From Octopus vulgaris (lineage: Eukaryota), in the NCBI GenBank assembly GCA_951406725.2, contig OX597814.1, forward strand, positions 225,628,980 to 225,692,979: 64,000 nucleotides of DNA, written 5' to 3'. Of the stretch, positions 52,186-64,000 are shown piece by piece (positions within the stretch are counted from its first letter, which is position 1; each line of letters opens with the position of its first letter). The notes under the pieces were generated by a model that saw only the letters and a program-made list of their open reading frames with translations, was not told the DNA's origin and ran no database searches. The position numbers and the translations under genes are program-made.

Positions 52186-53855
52186 ATAACGTTTAAAGCT
52201 GTAAAAGCTGTGCTTCTTTACTTTCAAAATTCACAATGAGCAAATTGTTTGAATGACATGAGAGTAGACAGTGATAGAAAAAGAATGTTTAAGCAGAGAG
52301 AGAAAAAAAAGAGAGAAAGATATTATGGAGTAAAAACAGGAAGAAAATAATTAGGATTAAAGTCTTTTGTTGCAATGAATCACAAAGAATTGAGCGTCAA
52401 AACATCTTTGGTGACAGAATTTGCATGTGCATGTGTGCGTGCACGTCTGCAAGTGCTGTGAGGGTGAGGATTGGTAAAGACAGTAGATAATAGCATTAAC
52501 CAGCTAAAATTTTCCAGAAAGACAGTTAAAGAGCAATGAGGAAAAATCAGATTATGGCAGATGGAACAGAATTATAGGAAATTACAGAAAACAGGAAGGA
52601 TAAAACAAATATTCCCCCCTCTCCTCACTCTTTATACCTAAAATCTTTCGTGATAACAGAAAAACTGGTTCATTGCATTAGAGAAACAAAACCAACATTC
52701 TGTTTCTCAGATGTTCCCCCCCCCCCTACCCTCTTCATAATAAAAATATGTTGCTTTCTGTTGTGTGCACTCATTCCTTTTCATACATGCACAACATGCT
52801 AATAGCAGTACGTAAAACACGAACATGATAAATGGTACAATATTTTTTACATGAAAATCTAAAGCAGAAGTCTTATCTATTTTCATCATCATTGTTTAAC
52901 GTCCGTTTTCCGTGCCAGCACAGGTTGGACAGTTCGACCGGGGTCTGGGAAGCCAGGGGCTGCACCAGGCTCCAGTCTGATCTGGCAGTGTTTCTACAGC
53001 TGGATGCCCTTCCTAACGCCAACCACTCTGCGAGTGTAGTGGGTGCTTTTTACGTGCCACCTGCACAGGTGCCAGGGGTGTCTGGCATCGGCCACGATCG
53101 GTTGGTGCTTTTAACGTGTCACCGGCACGGAAGCCAGCGAAGGTGGCGCTGGCATCGGCCACGTTCCGATGGTGCTTTTTTATGTGCCACCGGCACAGGT
53201 ATCACAACTATCATGTAATTTATTTGACAGCCTAAGAATAAAAATGATTTAAGATTGTGTCTTGGTCTTATCCAAATCACAGCAGTCTGATTGATTTGTT
53301 TAGATGTTTAACAACCAGGAGAGGGTGTAATGGCTGCTACAACTGCTAAATCTTGTTATATATCCAAGATAATTCTTACTAACTCAGTTTATCTAATTAG
53401 AAAACAGACACCAAATATCATAAATACCAGTGTATTAATGAGTGAATCACTTTGTCTTTTTATCTTTTACTAGTTTATTAGTTTATATAGACTCTGGTTA
53501 GTGATTAATATTTTGGCAGGGGTGAATAAAAGTTTAGGGATACTCATTCTATTGCTCTGTTACAGGGACATAAACACACTAGTTGTCAAGTGGTGGTGCA
53601 CTATATGACACACCAGCTTATAGCTTTTACTTCTCAAACACTTTAGGTCTCTATCCTTTCCAAGTGATCATTAGTATGACGTTCATAAAGCTAGGAGTGG
53701 CTGCGTGGTAAGTAGCTTGCTTATCAACCACATGGTTCCGGGTTCAGTCCCACTGCATGGCACCTTGGGCAAGTGTCTTCTACTATAGCCTCGGGCAGAC
53801 CAAAGCCTAGTGAGTGGATTTGGTAAATGGAAACTGAAAGAAGCCTATCGTATAT

Positions 53856-54946
53856 GCTACATGGTAGTGAAACTTGGGCTGTGACTGCTGAGGATTTGTG
53901 TAACTCGCAAGAAATGAAGCTAGTATGCTCCGATGGATGTGTAACGTCAGTGTTCATAATCGACAGAGTGTAAGTACCTTGAGAGAAAAGTTGAACCTAA
54001 GAAGCATCAGTTGTTATGTGCAAGAGAGACGTTTGCGCTGGTATGGTCATGTGATGAGAATGGCTGAAGATAGTTGTGTGCGAAAGTGCCACACCCTGGC
54101 AGTTGAGGGGACCTGTGGAAGAGGTAGACCCAGGAAAACCTGGGTCGAGGTGGTGAAGCACGACCTTCGAACTTTAGGTCTCACCAAGGAAATGACCAGT
54201 GACCGAGACCTTTGGAAGTATGCTGTGCGTGAGAAAACCCGGCAAGACCAGTGAGAACAGTCAAAATAAAACCAAATTGAGGTCGATCAACATCAGGGCC
54301 CCCGTGCAGGTGACATGTAAAAGCACCATCCGTTCGTGGCCGTTTGCCAGCCCTGTCTGGCCCCGTGTCAGTGGCACGTAAAAGCACCATCCGTTCGTGT
54401 TCGTTGCCAGCCTGGCCTGGCCCCCGTGCTGGTGACACGTAAAAGCACCATCCATTCGTGGCCGTTTGCCAGCTCTGTCTGGCAGCACCATCCGTTCGTG
54501 GTCGTTTGCCAGCTCTGTCTGGCCCCCGTGCCGGTGACACGTAAAAGCACCATCCGTTCGTGGCCGTTTGCCAGCCCTGTCTGGCCCCTGTGTCAGTGGC
54601 ATGTAAAAGCACCATCCGTTTGTGTCCGTTGCCAGCCTCGCCTGGCCCCTGTGCCGGTGACACGTAAAAGCACCATCCGTTTCGTGGCCGTTTGCCAGCT
54701 CTGTCTGGCCCCGTGTCGGTGGCACATAAAAAGGACCATCCGTTCGTGGCCGTTTGCCAGCTCTGTCTGGCACCTGTGCGGGTGGCACGTAAAAAGCACC
54801 CACTACACTCACGGAGTGGTTGGCGTTAGGAAGGGCATCCAGCCGTAGAAACACTGCCAGATCTGACTGGGCCTGATGAAGCCTTCCAGCTTCACAGACC
54901 CCAGTTGAACCATCCAACCCATGCTAGCATGGAGAACGGACGCTAA

Positions 54947-54985
<39 letters not shown>
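53856..54985 (+). mobile_element. 5'-truncated RTE-type LINE with an 8-unit ~61-bp tandem array in the 3' UTR, inserted into a tRNA-SINE (53692-55190)
   Basis: ORF 53925..54254 (RRLRWYGHVMRM...GRGRPRKTW); array 54300-54800; (GAT)n tail; SINE halves on both sides. Confidence 0.88.
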
Positions 54986-57329
54986 TGTGTGTGTGTGTGT
55001 TTGTTCCCCTAACATCGCTTGACAATCGATGCTGGTGTGTTTACATCCACTGTAACATTAGCGGTTCAGCAAAAAAGACCGATAGAATAAGTACTAGGCT
55101 TACAAAGAATAAGTCCTGGGGTCGATTTGCTCGACTAAAGGTGGTGCTCCAGCATGGCCGCAGTCAAATGACTGAAACAAGTAAAAGAGTATATGTTAAC
55201 CACTAAAAAATCTTTGTTCTCAAGAAATTTGCCGAAAACAATCTTGTTTGAAGTGACACCGGAAAACACTTGTCCCTGTTTAGCATGCACATTTATATAC
55301 TGCTTGCCCATGGGCTCCATTTTGCTTACTTCTCTAAGAGGGAGAGAAATATACAGCTATGAAGGTAAGGCCCCTGCTTCCCAGCCACATTGTTCAGGGT
55401 TCAGCCCGAATGCATGGCACCTTGGGCAAGTGTTTTCTACTATAGCCCCAGGCTGATCAAAGCCTTGTAAGCAGATTTGGCAGACATAAAGTGAAAAAAA
55501 AACCATCATGTGTGTGTGTGTGTGTGTGTATCTGTGTGTGTGTTTGAGTGTGTGTTTGTCCTTCGTCACCGCTTGACAACCTGTGACGATGTGTTTGCAT
55601 CCCCATAACTTGGGTGTTCAGCAAAAGAGACAGACAGAATAAGAACTGGGGTCAATTCATTCAACTAAAAGTTCAAGGTGGCCCTCCAGCATGGCCACAG
55701 TCTAATGACTGAAACAAGTAAAATATAGAAGAGTGTGTGTGTGTGTGTGTGTGTTTATCTTGGCATCAGGCAATAGTGGTAAGTGTCACAATCACATGAA
55801 GGGTATCGTTCATTTTTAATCTTCCATTAGAACATATCCAACCATTCAAAAATATCAGGTTACTTAGAAACAGTTGGGGGTTGGAGACAGAAAAGTCATA
55901 CGGCCATGGAAGATCTGCCTCAACAAATCCCATCTAGCTGTTGCAAGCATGGAAAGTTGACATTAAGACAGTGATGATACAACTGTGCTCTGGGTTTGAT
56001 CCACTGTGCAGTGTCTTGGACACACATCTTTTATTACAGCCACCAGTTGACCAATGACTTGTGAAATTTGGTACAAGGAAACTATACAGAAGGGAAAGGG
56101 GATATCAAGTTACATTCCCGCATAAAAAACAGAAGCCTGGCCTTTCAATATATACTAAATCCAAACAAGAGTTAAGGACAGAGTTTTTAGTACTAACATA
56201 GGTCTGGTCACATGACTGAAAAGAGTACATAACAATTGCTTTCAAAACATGACTAATTTACTAGTGTCCAATACAATTTACATAAGAAAAGACTCAATAA
56301 ACTACAAATACAAACACAATTTTAATGCTTAAATTGTCTTAATGGGAGGGATATGTTTGGTGGGCATGGTGAAGATCACAAATATTAGGTTGCAAGTTGT
56401 GAGTTTGAACCACAAATCACTATATTCTATGTTCAAAGTGCTTCTAAGTTTGTTTGGTTAATAATCATCATCAGCAGCAGCAGCAACAATACCTGAACAT
56501 TATTATCTCAAGTCCGAGGACTCATTGGGGTGGTTACCCATTTTCCATGGAATGGAAGTGACCAAAATGAAAACATTACCCCTGAACAAGATGCTGGTTC
56601 ATTGTAGGGATACCATTTATAGTCGAGTAAACTGCTCAAGAATGCAACACGCTACCCGATCTGGGAATTGAAAACACAATCCTGCAATCTTGGATGCACC
56701 ACCCCAACCATAGGCCATGGACATTAGTAAATAATGAACATGGCATCCAGTTTCCACTATACATGAATGTAAAAGAACCTGTAAATGGGATCCACAGTTG
56801 CACAAAACCTGGGATATTCTGCTTGAAATATTCCCCACCAACCTCCTTCTATGAAGCCCTAAACTTTTATTCACCCCTGCCAAAATGTTAATCAAAGACC
56901 AGAGCCTATATGAACTAGTTTGAGAAACCTTGAATTAGATGAATTCTCTTCAACACAGCATCTTAGCACTTGTTGAGTTCCTTTGTCATCTCCCTTTGTG
57001 AGAATCGGTATTCTGAGGTCAGGTTACATCACTCCTAGCCATATCTTCCTTGGTCTATTCCTAACATAGAGTTACACACTTAGGGGTTTGTAGTCTTTCA
57101 AGCTGCATGGCAAACTCAATAATGCTGGGGGCACAAAAAAAAGCACTCAGCACATGTTATAAAGTGGTTGGCATTAGGAAGAGCATCCAGCCATAGTAAC
57201 CATGTCAAAGTAGACAGTGAAGTACAATACAGTCCTTAGACTCATCAGATCCTATCAAACTGTCCAGGACATGCCAGCATGGAACATGGACAATAAATGA
57301 TGATGATGATGGTGGTGGTGGTGGTGGTG

Positions 57330-58700
57330 ACATGTTACATGTCCATACCAATGCACTCTTCTCTCTTCTGCACCACATCTGATAACTTCTTGTATCTAAT
57401 TCATCTCTCAACTCATCTACACCTTATCATTTAAGCATCAAGCAAAGCATGCTCACTTCATTCTGTTCAAGCCTTCAAATATTCTTTATGTTGAATCATT
57501 CATTCATTCATTTGGTTCTCATTGTGCCTTGTGACACTTGAGGCGACAGCAAGATCATTCCACCTTCCAACACTGAAAGCGTCCTTAACAGCTTGTTCCA
57601 TTGTCAACCCTCTGTTTTTAAGATCTTTTGTTATTGCTCTCCGTCACATTTCCTTTGATCAGCCACGTCTTCTTTAACCTTCTGGAACCCACTGCAAAGC
57701 GATCCTGACAACTGAGTTCGGTTTATAGCAACAAACTCGACCCAACCGTTTCCATCTCCTTGCTTCAATAATTTCCCTTATTGGTTTCACGTTAGCCTTG
57801 GTGTGTAGTTGGCTATTTAAGATCATATTCGGCCAATAGACTTTCAAAATTTTTCATAAACATTTATTTTGAAACACCTCCAATTTCTTTTCAATACTTT
57901 TTCCAACATTTGGATCCACAGAGGAGGATGCAACATTGAATGCCCATAGCTTATCACTTTGCAACATCACAGTTCATATACAAGCATCATACAATCTGCT
58001 CTTCATTCAAAAAGAAAAATCACATTGTGATCTGCCAAAGGTACTAATTTCCCTGCTCTTTTCCCGCCCTGTTCTTAATCTGGCTACTATGCTTTCAGTA
58101 TAACCATCACTCAATTAATTATGTTACCTCAGTAACAGAAGCTTTCAAGTACTTGTACAGAGCCTTCTGAGCACTGGAAAGAATTTATTTTACTAATGCT
58201 CAGACTACAAACTACTGCTGTACATCTACCACATAGAAAGTCTTTTTACTGTCAACCAACATATAATCCCAATACACATCATGTGTATCCATAGTTCACA
58301 TTTGAGCAACCACATGGAATACACACAAACTCCATTTCTGTATAGTGAGCTCAGACATTTGCCAGGCAAAAACAGAAATCCTGTCTTCTTTCCTACTCAG
58401 TAAAACATTGGTCTTCACCATGTTCACTCTTAGACCTCTCAATTCATAGGTTTATTTCCATGTCGGAATTTTTTCTCTAAATCTTCCAGATTCCACTATA
58501 AGTATTACAAGAGCATCCAGAAAAGCCAGTCTTGTATTCTTATGCTTTAGCTTGTATTACTACACTGGACGGGATGAGGCTAAGAACTGAACCTTGATGA
58601 ACACCTACCTGTATATTGAATCCTGCCAACTTTAACATAGCTTCTGGCATCTCTGCACATGGCTTGCAAAGCTCTCACAAACCATTCATTTACAATTTAA
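57330..58700 (-). mobile_element. Highly degraded RTE-type LINE RT region with a second LINE 3' fragment nested at ~57515-57920
   Basis: Minus-strand remnants GVHQGSVL (~58590), RLYDA (~57990); nested fragment with RRWKRLGRV, ALQWVPEG. Confidence 0.55.
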
Positions 58701-59289
58701 TTTTCTTAAAGACCACCATACAAAACTAGGTAGTATGTCACTTGCCCTTCTTCTACTCTCTCTCTCTCTCTCTCTCTGTAAATATACATATGATACATAG
58801 ACAGACAGACAGACACACATACACACACACATTGTGCATATAAACATATATTACATGCACATGCGTGCAGATACGTGCGTGTGTGTGTGTATGTATGTAT
58901 GTATGTATGTATGTATGTACACACACACACACACACAGAGTTTTTTGTTTATTTTTTCCCTCTCTCCATCTGTTTTCCCACCTCATCCCTTTCTATAGGC
59001 TTGAAATATCAAAGACCTTCCATTTTCCCTGATTGTCAAATTAATACACCAACCTCGTGTTATTCCCTCACCTGTCTCTTTCTTGTTTTTTGTATATTTA
59101 GTTATGTATATTAGAAAATAAAATTTATAGAAATGGGTTTTTTTGCTAATTTTTCCACTTTAATAATTAGATGTTTATAAAGTGGGAGAATTATCAGAAA
59201 AGCCATTTCTATTCCTTTTTTCAAATAAATAATACTGTACCAAGAGCTTTCTATTTCTTATTCTACTGTATATATAAATATATATATAA

Positions 59290-62348
<3,059 letters not shown>

Positions 62349-62362
62349 ATGTATATATAGCA

Positions 62363-62630
62363 AACCGGGCTGCGTGTTGTGTTCTTGAGCAAGACACTTT
62401 ATTTCACGTTGCTCCAGTTCACTCAGCTGTAGAAATGAGTTGCGACGTCACAGGTACCAAGCTGCATCGGCCCTTGCCTTTCCCTTGGACAACATCGGTG
62501 ACGTGGAGAGGGGAGACCGGTATGCATGGGCGACTGCTGGTCTTCCATAAAACAACCTTGCCCAGACTTGTGCCTCAGAGGGTAACTCTCTAGGTGCAAA
62601 CCCATGGTCAGTGTCTGACCGAAGGGGGTC
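62363..62630 (+). mobile_element. SINE family D (copies at ~34480-34810(+) and ~50494-50660(-))
   Basis: gtgttcttgagcaagacacttta...ctgtagaaatgagttgcgac...cttgcccagacttgtgcctcagaggg shared between the + copies; the - copy carries the 3' part. Confidence 0.7.
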
Positions 62631-63643
62631 AAAAAAATATATATATTTATATAATGGGACAGTTTTGACATACAAATCTACAATATAGGATTTCTTTAAT
62701 TACAATTTACCTTGCAGTGGGCAACGAATAAAATGAAAGTAAATAGCGACAGAGTGATTTGAGGAAGCCTAAACTAGAAAGTAATTAAACCACTACTCAA
62801 AAAATAAAAAAACACAGCAAACAGAAACAAATAAATACATAACCATTTAGTCCTCACACAATTTCTTCAATTAGAATTTACCTAAGATTTTTCAAAGTAC
62901 TCCATTCGCTCATGCCATAATATATTTCTTTCAATTTCACCCCAATTAAGACAAAATTCGAGAAAACTCAATATTTTAACATATCACTCCGAAAGCATTG
63001 ATGTACATGTGTGCTTGCGAGAGTGTGTGTGTGTCATTCCTCACACACACGCATACACATACATATACAACTACATACAACTACATACAAACACGTGTGT
63101 GTTTGTTATTAGTAAAAAAAAGGCGCAAAAACACAACTCACTTATCATTCCAACACATTTGCAAAGACACACGGAGGTGGAATTGCTATACAGAAAAGGT
63201 AAATTGGTTTTTATTTTACTCTGTATATATTTTATTATATAATATTATATATAGATATATGTATACATAATTGCAGTATGAAACAGTGTTTATGTATAAA
63301 CAGACGACACTTATATATAGTTACCAAGTATGCATCCGAATTTTTACTATTCATATTTAAATGAGAATATCAGAGCAAATCTCTTTAGTACATTCGTGAA
63401 AACACGTATTATATTTCGTAAACACTTCAACTACAGTTTTGTACAAAAATCGAAGTGTAATTTTAATTCCGTGAATTATGGGAGATTTTTTTCCGAAATT
63501 TGTTCCTATTGTGTTTTCAAAATTTGTAATTCTGACAAAAAATGGATACGAATTTCATTATATCAAGCAGCTTAGTCAGAATTCGAAGGATTTTCTACTG
63601 AAGACCTTCATAAATCTAACTCTATGACTGAAAAAAAAAAGCA

Positions 63644-64000
63644 TCTTTATATAAGAGTGAAGTTGTGTGTCTGTCTCCTACGATTTCGATTCCTAACTAC
63701 TCCCACATTTTGCGGTGCAGTTTAACCAAAAGCGGGTATCTTATAGTCGTGATTCATATCGAGCCCTTCTGGGTATTAGCGTGCGTCTACGATGAGTCTA
63801 CGATTTAAAAAAATTTACCATCATATTTTTCCATTTTAATGCATTTTTTTCGCTTTTATATAAGGGAAGTAACTCTCTAAAAATATCTACGATGTGTCAA
63901 CGATTTAAAAAATATTTACCTTAATTTTTTTTCAATTTTTAATGCATTTTTTGGCTATAACTCTCTAAAAATGCTTATATAGTTATTTCCCTTACAACCC
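63644..64000 (+). mobile_element. Probable 5' part of a second non-autonomous Helitron (runs off window)
   Basis: a|TCTTTATATAAGAGTGAAGTTGTGTGTCTGTCT start resembling the 42650-43043 element; internal ~100-bp direct repeat (63787 vs 63887); 3' end not visible. Confidence 0.5.

Noticed and set aside
54181-54917. Overlapping 160-218 aa ORFs and the many '[10 protein letters not shown]' peptides elsewhere
   Set aside because: Chance open frames in the GC-richer LINE 3'-UTR repeat.
62711-62768. Possible minus-strand exon (tag|GCT...CAA G|gtaaat)
   Set aside because: The peptide ASSNHSVAIYFHFIRCPLQ is unlike a LIG1 N-terminus and has no other support.

Overview
This is AT-rich, repeat-dense eukaryotic genomic DNA. 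The SINE/LINE families and microsatellite load point to an octopod cephalopod (Octopus sp.); this is inferred from recognising the repeats, not from a search. The only host gene found is DNA ligase 1 (LIG1) on the minus strand. I reconstructed 15 consecutive in-frame coding exons (44590 down to 2250; 1915 nt, 638 full codons) covering the DNA-binding, adenylation ([10 protein letters not shown], catalytic Lys at 18285-18287) and OB-fold domains. The N-terminal region and last exon were not located. One intron (9695-15172) must use a GC donor. The introns hold tRNA-derived SINEs, 5'-truncated RTE- and CR1-type LINEs, a decayed mariner, several MITEs, two non-autonomous Helitrons, a 40-bp minisatellite and a 1.5-kb (TA)n tract. 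The most notable signal is RNA-structural. Several Penelope-like terminal fragments, two of them long fold-backs beside LIG1 splice acceptors, carry minimal hammerhead-ribozyme motifs whose core 3-8 pair co-varies (C-G, U-A, G-C). In addition, the 3' UTR of the dominant RTE-type LINE is a variable tandem array of a compact H-type pseudoknot-like motif. Nothing prokaryotic (CRISPR, operons) is supported.
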